Virus record (IMG/VR): IMGVR_UViG_3300036820_000022
Location: 1 to 58,220 of that record
Reading direction: 5' to 3' (one strand)
DNA: 58,220 nt
Source: a virus
Taxonomy: Duplodnaviria > Caudoviricetes
Part shown: positions 18,355-26,926 of the stretch, piece after piece
Position numbering within the stretch: position 1 is the stretch's first letter
Layout: the number at the start of each line of letters is the position of its first letter
Made by a program: the position numbers and the translations under genes
The notes under the pieces: generated by a model
Told to the model about the DNA's origin: nothing
The model's database searches: none
What the model saw: only the letters and a program-made list of their open reading frames with translations

Positions 18355-18397
18355 TGTACGGTGGGCCGCATGAGCGGCGGGTTCAATGCCGAGGCGT

Positions 18398-18655
18398 TTA
18401 GCCTCGACGATCTCCAGAGCGCGCTCCCTGCCGAGGCTCTACGATCTGGAGAGATGGAAGAGTTACGCCAGGTTCTACTCTTTCAAGGATGCCGCGAGCG
18501 ACTTTTAGACGCCGAGCATCTGGCAGATCAGATTTTGGAATCAGCAGACGCAGAACTTCCGAATGTCGTTGCTGCGTGGCTACAATTGCCTTCTGGACGG
18601 CGAGAATCTGGTCGAGTCGAGCCATGACGGCTTTTACGAACGATTGTTCGGGCAT
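18398..18655 (-). CDS. Reverse-oriented small hypothetical protein (moron-like)
   Basis: RBS GAGAGGGG and a TAGGTT -10-like element upstream on the minus strand; coiled-coil-like sequence. Confidence 0.55.
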   Translation of the reverse strand: MPEQSFVKAVMARLDQILAVQKAIVATQQRHSEVLRLLIPKSDLPDARRLKVARGILERVEPGVTLPSLQIVEPRQGARSGDRRG

Positions 18656-19475
18656 GTGCCCCTCTCTTAACCTAGGTGAAGCCGCGTGATCGCGCTCACC
18701 GAATTGTTGTTCGATTCTCGTCGCAGCGCCGGTGAACGCCTTGTGGCTCGCGTGTGCATAACGAAGAAATTACATACGACTGTGCCATTGGTCGTGGCAC
18801 AATGCCCGGTCAACCGAGGGCCCCTTTTTGTGCAGGACCCCGGTTTTTGTGCAAAGCCTGCTGCCGCCGACAAATACGCAGCGAAGGACACGTACCGTGG
18901 CGCGCTTTTCGATTGCGTATACAGAGGCTTCATCGCAGGCTGGGAAGCTCACGCAAGCCAAGGTTAGCCGCAGAATACGGAAGAATCGTTCGAGGGATAC
19001 CTAAAGCGGACGCTCGGGGAGAACTATTCCTCGATTGTTATTGACGCGTTGGACGCTCTAGGTCAGCCGTGGGAGTTGCAGAGGCTCCGAGAGATGGAGG
19101 CGCGGGCGAAAGATGAGCTTGAGGTCCCCCACTCCGCGCCCGTGAAGCGTATGTTGCAGCGCATCCTCAACGGCCCCGCTTCCGAGCCGTGAAGTACTAC
19201 CGCTTCATGTGCCGCGTCGGCGACGTATTACGATGGGTGGCTCTCGCATACTGCTACGCCTTCCTGGTCGTAACCGTACCGATCGCGTGGATCTGGCAGT
19301 TGATCTATTTGCCGGCGGCGGGATCCAATATAGACGACTTCGATCATCGGCTAGCGCTCATCCCAAAGCGGACGAGTTGATGAGAATTAGGCCGTTCGGC
19401 CCAATGTTCAACTCAAGCGGGCGTCAAAGGAACGTGATGCAATCACACTAACGTTCGATTCGGAGACGCCGTAAA

Positions 19476-19823
19476 ATGGATAACAAAGACATCGCCTCAG
19501 TTTTAGCCGAGTTGGGTGGCACGATCATTCGCGCGCTACTGGACCGTGGAGTCGGAACTAAACGCGCAACGGACGCTGGCGAACGCTATCTCGACCTCGT
19601 TAGCCGGATGGCGACAGAAGCGCGAAACTTTAAGACGCTGGGCGGGAGCGGAATCGTCTCTATCAGGGACCTCGAGCCAGAGACCCTCCAAACAATCGTG
19701 GTCTTACAAAAAAGCGAGTGGGGTCGCATATGGCTGGATGATAAAGACGGTCTCTGTTTCCGATACACATCCGAAAGGGGACAAGGTACTCGTTTTCAAG
19801 AGGAGAGCTCGTTTCAGGTATAA
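19476..19823 (+). CDS. Hypothetical protein
   Basis: GGAG RBS, clean ORF. Confidence 0.55.
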   Translation: MDNKDIASVLAELGGTIIRALLDRGVGTKRATDAGERYLDLVSRMATEARNFKTLGGSGIVSIRDLEPETLQTIVVLQKSEWGRIWLDDKDGLCFRYTSERGQGTRFQEESSFQV

Positions 19824-19835
19824 GAAAGTCATGCG

Positions 19836-20204
19836 CTGCGTAACATCAGCTTCGCCCTAACGACGCAGCAGATCCGCGATCGCACAAAGACGGTGACACG
19901 GCGGCTGGGCTGGCGATTTCTGAAGCCGGGCGATCTGCTTTCGGCAGTCGTGCAATCTCGCGGGCTACGCAAGGGCCAGAAAGTCGAACGGCTCGCAACA
20001 ATCCGCGTCGTCTCCGTCCGGCGCGAGCGTTTGCTGGCGATCCGGCGCGATACGGACTACGGCCTCGAAGAGTGCCGGCTCGAAGGGTTTGCCGATCACC
20101 CCGAGCTGCAATGGCCCGACCGTTTCGCGGCCTGGTTTGCCGCAGGTCACGGCTGCGAGATCGATGACGAGGTTACCCGCATCGAGTTTGAGTACGTCGG
20201 GTGA
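19836..20204 (+). CDS. ASCH/PUA-domain protein (non-canonical CTG start or damaged start)
   Basis: RNISFALTTQQIRDRTKTVTRRLGW..LKPGD...EGF...VTRIEFEY; the in-frame codon before RNISF is CTG. Confidence 0.8.
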   Translation: MRNISFALTTQQIRDRTKTVTRRLGWRFLKPGDLLSAVVQSRGLRKGQKVERLATIRVVSVRRERLLAIRRDTDYGLEECRLEGFADHPELQWPDRFAAWFAAGHGCEIDDEVTRIEFEYVG

Positions 20205-20214
20205 AACACCCGTT

Positions 20215-20232
20215 CCGTAACACATGTTACGG
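20215..20232. promoter_or_regulatory. Palindromic operator-like site CCGTAACACATGTTACGG (one of several copies)
   Basis: Copies at 20215, 21115, 21388, 32499; degenerate copies at 20232 and 20728. Confidence 0.6.
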
Positions 20233-20285
20233 TGACACTTGTTCGGCAGGGAAGGCCGGGATGTTTTTCGTACAGGCGCGGTCCT

Positions 20286-20477
20286 ATGCCATCCAGAGCT
20301 CCCAGAGGACTCTCGCGCAAGCAACTTGCGAAACGAAAACGGCAGCGTGAAGCAGCCATCTCGGCTCAGCCGCGCTTCTGCTCGCGCTGTCAAAGCCAAA
20401 TGGTGCGCCGTCGACGGGGCGACGAGCCATGGCGCTGGGTATGCTCTAACTTTTGCGGCGCGGAGATCAGCGTTTGA
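20286..20477 (+). CDS. Basic zinc-ribbon protein
   Basis: FCSRCQSQM...WVCSNFCG. Confidence 0.5.
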   Translation: MPSRAPRGLSRKQLAKRKRQREAAISAQPRFCSRCQSQMVRRRRGDEPWRWVCSNFCGAEISV

Positions 20478-20722
20478 TGCCTGGACGCGTTACTCACACT
20501 GCCGGCGGCCGCGGCGATGTGTCGATGGGTCGACAGCACGGCGGCGCCGGAATTACGGCGCGCGAATATGGCCCACCGGCTGATGCGCAACCGCCTGCAT
20601 GCTGGGATTGCAAATCCCCGATGCGCCTATGTGAAGGCAGAAAACCGCCGCACGCGCAGTTCTGGGGCTGCAGCGCTTACCCGAAGTGCAAGCGCTCTCT
20701 CTGGATTCGGAGGCCCGATTAG
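20477..20722 (+). CDS. Stand-alone topoisomerase-IA-type C4 zinc ribbon
   Basis: CWDCKSPMRL..G......FWGCSAYPKC. Confidence 0.75.
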   Translation: MPGRVTHTAGGRGDVSMGRQHGGAGITAREYGPPADAQPPACWDCKSPMRLCEGRKPPHAQFWGCSAYPKCKRSLWIRRPD

Positions 20723-20889
20723 ACGGCGGACACTTGTTACAGGGTTTGCGTCACGTAGCCAGGATTCGCGCCTGCTGGAACCCTCAGTACTGCTCGTATT
20801 TGACGAGCTGGCCGGTAGCATCTCGGCCAACGATCGAGCGGCTCGCGCCCTCGAAAACGATGCTGGACTCGCGGCGAAAGCCGCGTGGT

Positions 20890-20912
20890 TATAATATAAC
20901 CATGGCAGGAGG
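20890..20912 (+). promoter_or_regulatory. -10 box and Shine-Dalgarno for the omega-like gene
   Basis: TATAAT at 20890; AGGAGG upstream of ATG 20919; no clear -35. Confidence 0.55.
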
Positions 20913-20918
20913 GGAAAA

Positions 20919-21152
20919 ATGACCGACCTGAACCGCACCGCCGAACGCGCGCAGGCAAAAGCCGGATCGCGATTCACCCTCGTGGGCGCGATAGTGAGGC
21001 GAGCGCATCAACTGACCGAAGGTTACCCGCCGCTGGTCACCGGCGTCGAGATCGACAAGCACGCGACGACGGCCTTGAGAGAGATTGCCGCCGGCGCGGT
21101 GGAAATCGGCAAGAGCGTAACACCTGTTACGGTAAAGGAGTTGGCGGCGTGA
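20919..21152 (+). CDS. rpoZ: RNA polymerase omega subunit homologue
   Basis: SRFTLVGAIVRRAHQLTEGYPPLV...KHATTALREIAAGAV matches the omega pattern (R[YF]xLV..A.KRARQL..G..PLV...K.VTIALREIAAG). Confidence 0.85.
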   Translation: MTDLNRTAERAQAKAGSRFTLVGAIVRRAHQLTEGYPPLVTGVEIDKHATTALREIAAGAVEIGKSVTPVTVKELAA

Positions 21153-21355
21153 AGGAGATCGACGAGTTGTGCGCGTGCGGTCACCTTGCATCAGCCGACC
21201 ACAGCTATCCGCCCTACGTAGATTCAAGCCGACACCATAAACCATGCACCCCAATCCAGAGAAAGGGCGCAATCTTCGAACTCCTAGCGTGGTGCCGTAT
21301 TTGCGCGCCGAAGGAATACGAGGACGCGGTGAAAAGAGGGGCTGAACTTCTATAA
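21149..21355 (+). CDS. Small Cys/His protein
   Basis: CACGH...H...C...CRIC; RBS AAGGAG and GTGA overlap. Confidence 0.55.
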   Translation: MKEIDELCACGHLASADHSYPPYVDSSRHHKPCTPIQRKGAIFELLAWCRICAPKEYEDAVKRGAELL

Positions 21356-21387
21356 CGGCATCGAAAAGGACCGACAAAGAGCCTAAC

Positions 21388-21405
21388 GCGTAACACTTGT
21401 TACGC
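21388..21405. promoter_or_regulatory. Perfect inverted repeat GCGTAACA-CT-TGTTACGC beside an AT-rich promoter-like stretch before the packaging operon
   Basis: Intergenic; followed by AAAATAGTAATTAT. Confidence 0.65.
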
Positions 21406-21490
21406 AAACCGCACAAAATAGTAATTATCACGCCAAAGTGCTGCACGTTCGGCAGGAATCCAAGCGACGGCTAAATGAAGCCGACGCAAC

Positions 21491-22150
21491 GTGCACGCCG
21501 AGCGTACAACGCGCGCCGTCTTTTGGCAGTTAGCCTTCTGGCCACCTAACCGCGAGATCGTCGTCTCTGAGCGACGGGCGGTTTCCGGCGTCGCGGCGCG
21601 GCTGCAAATCCTCGAACTCCACGTTTTAACCCTCCAGCGCAGCACGATCGAAGGCCCGGAATCATACCCGTGCACCTATCCGGGCTGCGCGCGCGGAAAC
21701 AATCACCCGTTCGGGACGTCGGGCCACCTGGGCAATCATCGCCTCGCAGCCCACGGCATCCGCAGTACCAACGAAGAGTCGATCCGCCGCCAAGAGCGGC
21801 GCGATCGCAACCGTGCAAAAGAGCTTGGGCCGGCGCCTGAATACATCGACCGCGCGCACATCCGCGAAGTCGTCTCCCACGCGCTGCCGGCGCTCCGTGA
21901 GGCGCGCCAAGGCGAACTCGACGCTGGCGACCGAGAGCACGTGCGCCGACGTTTGTCACACTTTGTCGGCAAAGAGTTGCCTCGGGAGTTACGGCGCGCG
22001 CCGGCGGAGATTTGCCTCGCCGTCGCAGAGATCGCCGCCTCGGGGCTCACCCCGACCTATCCCAAGATCGTCGAGTCGGCGCAGACGGACTTACACATCG
22101 AGCGGATCACAACGCTGTTCACCAAGACCTCGATGCCGGTGGCGATGTGA
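21491..22150 (+). CDS. C2H2 zinc-finger protein upstream of terS (candidate late regulator)
   Basis: YPCTYPGC..F..SGHLGNHRLAAHG; last gene before the terminase. Confidence 0.65.
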   Translation: MHAERTTRAVFWQLAFWPPNREIVVSERRAVSGVAARLQILELHVLTLQRSTIEGPESYPCTYPGCARGNNHPFGTSGHLGNHRLAAHGIRSTNEESIRRQERRDRNRAKELGPAPEYIDRAHIREVVSHALPALREARQGELDAGDREHVRRRLSHFVGKELPRELRRAPAEICLAVAEIAASGLTPTYPKIVESAQTDLHIERITTLFTKTSMPVAM

Positions 22151-22689
22151 AGAAGGCATCTGCTACAGCCCCGGACGAGGCGCGGCGAAGCCCGCGCAAA
22201 AAGGCGCCGAAAGCGAGCAAAACGCCCGGCAGAATCGGCAGGCCGCCAAAGCTTACGCCTGAGCTTCAAGCCGAAATCTGCGAGGCGCTCGAAATAGCCG
22301 TGCCCGAGAAATACGCAGCCGAGGCAGTCGGCGTTTCCGAGGTGACGTTTCACGAGTGGATGCGGAAAGGCAAAGAAGGAGCCGAACCGTTTGACGAGTT
22401 TTTCGTAGCCGTGACGCGTGCGCGCGCGAAAGCCGTCACGAAGCTCACAAAGCACGCTCTGGGCGGCGAAAAAGGCAGCTCTCAGGCGGCGTGGTTTCTC
22501 GAGCGCCGCTTCCGTAAGGCGTACGGCGCGCACGTTATGGTCGGCGGGATGGAAGACGGCGAGCCGATTCGGCTTGCGGGCGACTTGAAGATTTCCGCTG
22601 ATCTGCGCGCCAGTTCCGATGCGACCAAAAAGATTCACGATGCGATCCGTTCGGCTGCCGGTACGGCGCCGGAGTTGGAGGAAAAATGA
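22147..22689 (+). CDS. terS: Terminase small subunit
   Basis: GRPPKLTPE..ICEAL...AA...GVSEVTFHEW..KG...AAWFLERRF. Confidence 0.85.
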   Translation: MKKASATAPDEARRSPRKKAPKASKTPGRIGRPPKLTPELQAEICEALEIAVPEKYAAEAVGVSEVTFHEWMRKGKEGAEPFDEFFVAVTRARAKAVTKLTKHALGGEKGSSQAAWFLERRFRKAYGAHVMVGGMEDGEPIRLAGDLKISADLRASSDATKKIHDAIRSAAGTAPELEEK

Positions 22690-22901
22690 AACGCTTCGAC
22701 CGCGTGCGCTACGTCCCGGTGGCCGACGAGGTTTGGGAAGCGTCGAAGTGCCGCATTCTTGGCGCTCAGGACCTACCGCCCGGCTCAACCGGCCGCGTCA
22801 TCTCCGTTCGGCGAAAATCGCAGCGTGCCGTCGTGCAGTTTGTCATCGGTGACAGCCGCGGCGCGCGCATCGTGCCGCTGGCGGCGTTGGAGGCGGCGTG
22901 A
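22686..22901 (+). CDS. Hypothetical SH3-like protein
   Basis: Coupled ORF; LPPGSTGRVISV...VVQF. Confidence 0.55.
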   Translation: MKRFDRVRYVPVADEVWEASKCRILGAQDLPPGSTGRVISVRRKSQRAVVQFVIGDSRGARIVPLAALEAA

Positions 22902-23206
22902 TTAGCTCCCTTCGCGCGTTCTGGAGTTCACTATGGTTGGGCGAGCGTTTTGAACCTAGTCGGCCACTAACCGAAGCGGAATGGGTTGCGAAGTACGGTG
23001 ATCGTCCGTTCCGCATCGTGCGCCATGGATTGCGATTCGCGGGCGGTGGCTATCACGCGCCTGAGATCGAGTATCGACCCGGATACGAACGCACGATACC
23101 GACGACGGAGCGCGCGATGTCAGTGTTACGAAAGCCGATTCCGAAAGGCTGTCCACCGGCGCCCACGCCTGAATCGGTGCAATACGTCGTTCACGGCTAC
23201 TGGTGA
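22898..23206 (+). CDS. Hypothetical protein
   Basis: Coupled GTGA overlaps at both ends. Confidence 0.5.
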   Translation: MISSLRAFWSSLWLGERFEPSRPLTEAEWVAKYGDRPFRIVRHGLRFAGGGYHAPEIEYRPGYERTIPTTERAMSVLRKPIPKGCPPAPTPESVQYVVHGYW

Positions 23207-23874
23207 GCAACCTTAAGCTCGTCCTTTGGTCGGGCGGCTGTGATTCGACGTTGGCGCTCTACGAAGCGCTTCTCGATCAAAAGCTCTGGGTCGTCGACGG
23301 CAAGCAGCTTTCCGAGGTTCGAGCGATCTCCGTCGTGCATCCGAGCGTTCCGTGCAACGGCCAGCAAGCGGTATCTCGCGCGAAAATTCTTGCCGAGTTC
23401 CAAAAGCGCGGCCTCGTCACGCGGCACAGCACGGTTACGGTTTCTAACGATGCCGACACTCCGCGCCGTGGCAAGGATGGCGGTTCAATCCAGACGCAAA
23501 TCTGGCTCGGGGCCGTCGCTCCGTATCTCGACGACACCGAGAGCCTGAACCTCGGCTGGATCGAAGGTGAGTTCGACAACGCCGACCATGCGATCGCAGC
23601 GTTCGACGCGCTCCAGAAGGTCAACGGCAAGACCGGGAAGCTTGCGTTTCCACTTCAGAGGCGCACCAAGCCTGAGATCATCGAGCGGCTGCGGAAAGCC
23701 GAACTGCTCGACCTGTGCTGGTATTGTGAAGGCGTTGGCGATGATCGTAGCGCGGATACGATTGAAGCGTCCTGCGGCAGCTGCTTGAAGTGCATTAAGC
23801 ACGCAACGGCGCTTTGGCAGCTCGAACACTGGCCACACGAAGCACTTGTCGCCGCGACGATTCTGGACAAATGA
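23203..23874 (+). CDS. QueC-like PP-loop ATPase
   Basis: LVLWSGGCDST PP-loop; PL...TK.EI; CWYC...CGSCLKC zinc site. Confidence 0.8.
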   Translation: MSNLKLVLWSGGCDSTLALYEALLDQKLWVVDGKQLSEVRAISVVHPSVPCNGQQAVSRAKILAEFQKRGLVTRHSTVTVSNDADTPRRGKDGGSIQTQIWLGAVAPYLDDTESLNLGWIEGEFDNADHAIAAFDALQKVNGKTGKLAFPLQRRTKPEIIERLRKAELLDLCWYCEGVGDDRSADTIEASCGSCLKCIKHATALWQLEHWPHEALVAATILDK

Positions 23875-23887
23875 GCGATGCGACGAT

Positions 23888-25408
23888 ATGGGCGATAAGT
23901 TGACCCCCAAAGCCGCGCAGATCGACGAAGACACCGTACTTGCGGGGACGTCGCCGGCGGGATTAGCGTTCGTCGCAACCAAAAGCGACCCGCGCCCGTA
24001 CGTTCCCGCGGAGTTCCATCTCATCATGGCCCAAGCGATGGTGGACCTCGAACAGCATCGGCTTGACGCGTTGTTTATGAGCGTGCCGGTGCGTCATGGC
24101 AAAACGAGGCTCGGCTCCAACATCATGCCTGCGTGGTTTCTTGGGCTTCATCCCGATCGCGAGATTCTGGCCGCGTCGCACGCCGCTGAGTTCGCAGCGG
24201 ATAAGGTCGGCGGACCGGCGCGTGACTTCTTCGTTCGGACTTCAAAGCGTTACTTCGGCGTCACGATCGACCCGTTAGCCAACGCGCGCGGTCGCTGGAA
24301 AACCTCTGGCGGCGGCGGAATGCGCGCGGTCGGCGTACAGCAAGGCATCGCGGGCCAAGGCGCGGACCTCGCGATCGTCGACGACCCGTACGCCAACGTC
24401 GAGGACGCGATGAATCGGCGGCAGCGCGATAAGGCGTGGGAATGGTATCAAGCCGAGTTCGTCACCCGCTGCTCACCCGGCGCGCCGCACATTCACATTA
24501 TGAGCCGGTGGAACGTCGATGACCACATGGCCCGCGCGCTCGAACAGGCCAAAGAGGCAAAGCTGCGCTACCGCGTTCTTGACTTCCCAGCGTTGGCAAT
24601 CTGCCCGAAGTGCGACGATTACGGCGTCGACGCCGTCAATCAATGCGGTCACGGCATCCGCGATTCGTTGGGCCGGCTACCCGGTGAAGCGTTGTGGCCC
24701 CAGGAGCGACCGCGAGACTTCTTGCTTCAGCAGCGCATTCGCACGACGCCGCGGTTCTTTGACGCGCTCTACCAAGGACGGCCGCGCCCCGATGCCGGCG
24801 CGATCTTCCGGCGCGAATGGTTCCGTCGCTATCACATAATCGGACCGCGCATCTTCCTGCACGACGAGTTCGGCAGAGTTAGCGGCGGCTACGATTTGCA
24901 CCAGTGCCGCATCTTTATGACCGTCGATCTCGCCGCCGGAACGTCATCGACCGACGGAGACTTCACCGTCTTTGGCGTCTTTGCGCTGGGCCCAAAGCAC
25001 GAGCTCATCGTCCTGGATTGGTTTCGCGATCGTATCGATGGCACGCGGCAGATTCCGATGCTGCGGGCCTATTGGAACAAACATCGTGCCGTGCGCATCG
25101 GCGTCGAGGCTGTTGCCTATCAGTGGGTCTTTATCCAAAACGCGCTCGCCGAAGGTTTGCCGATCGTCGCGATCAAGCGCGGGCGCGAAGGCAAAGAGAC
25201 ACGTTCGCTACTCGTCGCCAGCCGCTACGAAATGGGCCAGGTCTTTCATCCGCTGCCGGCAGATGCGCCCTGGGTCGTCGGAATGGAGAATGAACTGATC
25301 GACTTTCCGGTAGGCGCACACGACGATCAGGTGGACGTGATGAGTGACGCGGGCGCCGTGGTAGCCGAAGCCGAGACGCGACCGATGGCGATAGGAGTGC
25401 AGGTGTGA
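23888..25408 (+). CDS. terL: Terminase large subunit
   Basis: PVRHGKT Walker A, GQGADLAIVDDP, IMSRW..DD, ALYQGRP, VDLA..DFT, FP.GAHDDQVD nuclease motif. Confidence 0.95.
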   Translation: MGDKLTPKAAQIDEDTVLAGTSPAGLAFVATKSDPRPYVPAEFHLIMAQAMVDLEQHRLDALFMSVPVRHGKTRLGSNIMPAWFLGLHPDREILAASHAAEFAADKVGGPARDFFVRTSKRYFGVTIDPLANARGRWKTSGGGGMRAVGVQQGIAGQGADLAIVDDPYANVEDAMNRRQRDKAWEWYQAEFVTRCSPGAPHIHIMSRWNVDDHMARALEQAKEAKLRYRVLDFPALAICPKCDDYGVDAVNQCGHGIRDSLGRLPGEALWPQERPRDFLLQQRIRTTPRFFDALYQGRPRPDAGAIFRREWFRRYHIIGPRIFLHDEFGRVSGGYDLHQCRIFMTVDLAAGTSSTDGDFTVFGVFALGPKHELIVLDWFRDRIDGTRQIPMLRAYWNKHRAVRIGVEAVAYQWVFIQNALAEGLPIVAIKRGREGKETRSLLVASRYEMGQVFHPLPADAPWVVGMENELIDFPVGAHDDQVDVMSDAGAVVAEAETRPMAIGVQV

Positions 25409-25689
25409 CCTCGGCGTGGATCTGCGAGCGCTGCTGGCACCACAATCCGGTGGGCATCGGCATCTGCCAGAACCCGACGTGCGCGGGCGAGCCGGTTTCG
25501 CGGACGGTGGATGCGCGAGCGAGTCGGCCGTTCCGCCACTGCTTCAACCTCGACGGTACGCCCAAAGAATCGTTCGCGCGGTTTGATGAGGCGCAAGAGG
25601 AGTGCTTTCGGAGCACCTCGCGCGCCAAGCGTAAAGCGGCCTATCCCTGCTCCGAACACGGCTTTCATGTCGGGTCGAGAGCGGCCTGA
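25405..25689 (+). CDS. Zinc-ribbon hypothetical protein
   Basis: WICERC..N...CQNPTC; AYPCSEH.FHVGS. Confidence 0.55.
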   Translation: MTSAWICERCWHHNPVGIGICQNPTCAGEPVSRTVDARASRPFRHCFNLDGTPKESFARFDEAQEECFRSTSRAKRKAAYPCSEHGFHVGSRAA

Positions 25690-25706
25690 TTCCAGAAAGG
25701 ACTACC

Positions 25707-25967
25707 ATGAACGAACAAAAGCCCAGCCCCGGACGCATCGTGCGATATGTCGACCACGACGGTAAAACGCTCCCGGCCGTCATCACCCGCGTGCGCCCAG
25801 ACGGTAATGTCGATCTGCACGTCCTCCATGAAAACACGCTGAACATTCCCGAGTCCGACGCCAACGCTTCGGCGATTCGCTCGGGAACCTGGCACTGGCC
25901 GCGCGACAAGCCGTCGGCCGCGGAAATCGAGACCGCATTCGATTACGGAAAGAACCCAACGAGATGA
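25707..25967 (+). CDS. Conserved phage hypothetical protein
   Basis: PSPGRIVRY...PAVITRV..DGNVDLHV...GTWHWP; RBS AAAGGA. Confidence 0.7.
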   Translation: MNEQKPSPGRIVRYVDHDGKTLPAVITRVRPDGNVDLHVLHENTLNIPESDANASAIRSGTWHWPRDKPSAAEIETAFDYGKNPTR

Positions 25968-26926
25968 AACTCTTACTGGCCCTGATGCTCGCTACGGCTG
26001 CCGCAATCTCGGTGCTCCCGACCGCAGCGCCAGCCGTGAAGAAGCACGCGACGCCGCGCTGCCTGCCGTCGATGGTTCCAGGCTACTCCACGCTGTGCAT
26101 CGCGAACAAGACGATCGTCACGCCTGCGCCGTCGCCGACGCCGATTCCGACAGCGAGCCCAACGCCAGAACCGACGATCGCGCCAACCTCGACGCCGACC
26201 GTTGCCCCAACTGCTTCCCCGTCGCCGCCGCCTTACGGCACGATCGTTTGGCAAGCCGGAAGCCCGACGCTCGGGAATTGGGAAACTGCGAACACCTATC
26301 AGTGCGGCAACCCGGTACTCACCGGCTCGACGTTCTACTTTGATCTGAAGCAAGACGGCACGAAATGCGGGCGCAATCAGATGCTGCCGCTCACTGCTGG
26401 CGGGTCGACGTTCCAGCTAACGGCAGAGCGTGTCTACACTTGGGTGTTCGGCTACGTCGACGGCAATCCACTCGGGCAGCCGCCCGGCATGGGGAACGAC
26501 GACGGCGAGGCGCAGTCGGTTGTTTGGCAGATTCACGGAAACGACGAGCCCGATACACCGTGCACGCAGCTTGGATTCGGTAACACGCCGCCCAACAGCA
26601 GCAGCGGACAGCCGCAGCAGTGGCTAATAGACGACTGCGGTTCGAGTCTTAGCGCGCCGTTTTGGGTTGGTCCGTACACTCCGCAGGAAACCGACGCATT
26701 CGTCATTCAGGCGAAGATATCGAGCGGCTCGGACGGGTGGACGAGGCTCTGGCGTAACGGTTCACTCGTCGCCTCGAGCACCGGCGCCAACTTCAAAGAA
26801 TCGACCGGCGGACCATTCTGGAACTTCGGCGTCTACAAATGGCGCTGGGAACTCTCGGGCGGTGGCGGATCGAAGATGACCGAGGTTCAAGACACCATCG
26901 TCGGCATGACGCTGTACGAGCAGTAG
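25964..26926 (+). CDS. Secreted polysaccharide-lyase-like (jelly-roll) protein with Pro/Thr linker
   Basis: Signal peptide, PTP linker, VVWQIHG, SDG..RLWRNG, FWNFGVYK (PL7/PF14099-like motifs). Confidence 0.65.
   Translation: MKLLLALMLATAAAISVLPTAAPAVKKHATPRCLPSMVPGYSTLCIANKTIVTPAPSPTPIPTASPTPEPTIAPTSTPTVAPTASPSPPPYGTIVWQAGSPTLGNWETANTYQCGNPVLTGSTFYFDLKQDGTKCGRNQMLPLTAGGSTFQLTAERVYTWVFGYVDGNPLGQPPGMGNDDGEAQSVVWQIHGNDEPDTPCTQLGFGNTPPNSSSGQPQQWLIDDCGSSLSAPFWVGPYTPQETDAFVIQAKISSGSDGWTRLWRNGSLVASSTGANFKESTGGPFWNFGVYKWRWELSGGGGSKMTEVQDTIVGMTLYEQ

Noticed and set aside
26114-26235. Repetitive CCGACG/CCGTCG tract
   Set aside because: Simply encodes the Pro/Thr linker of the secreted protein.
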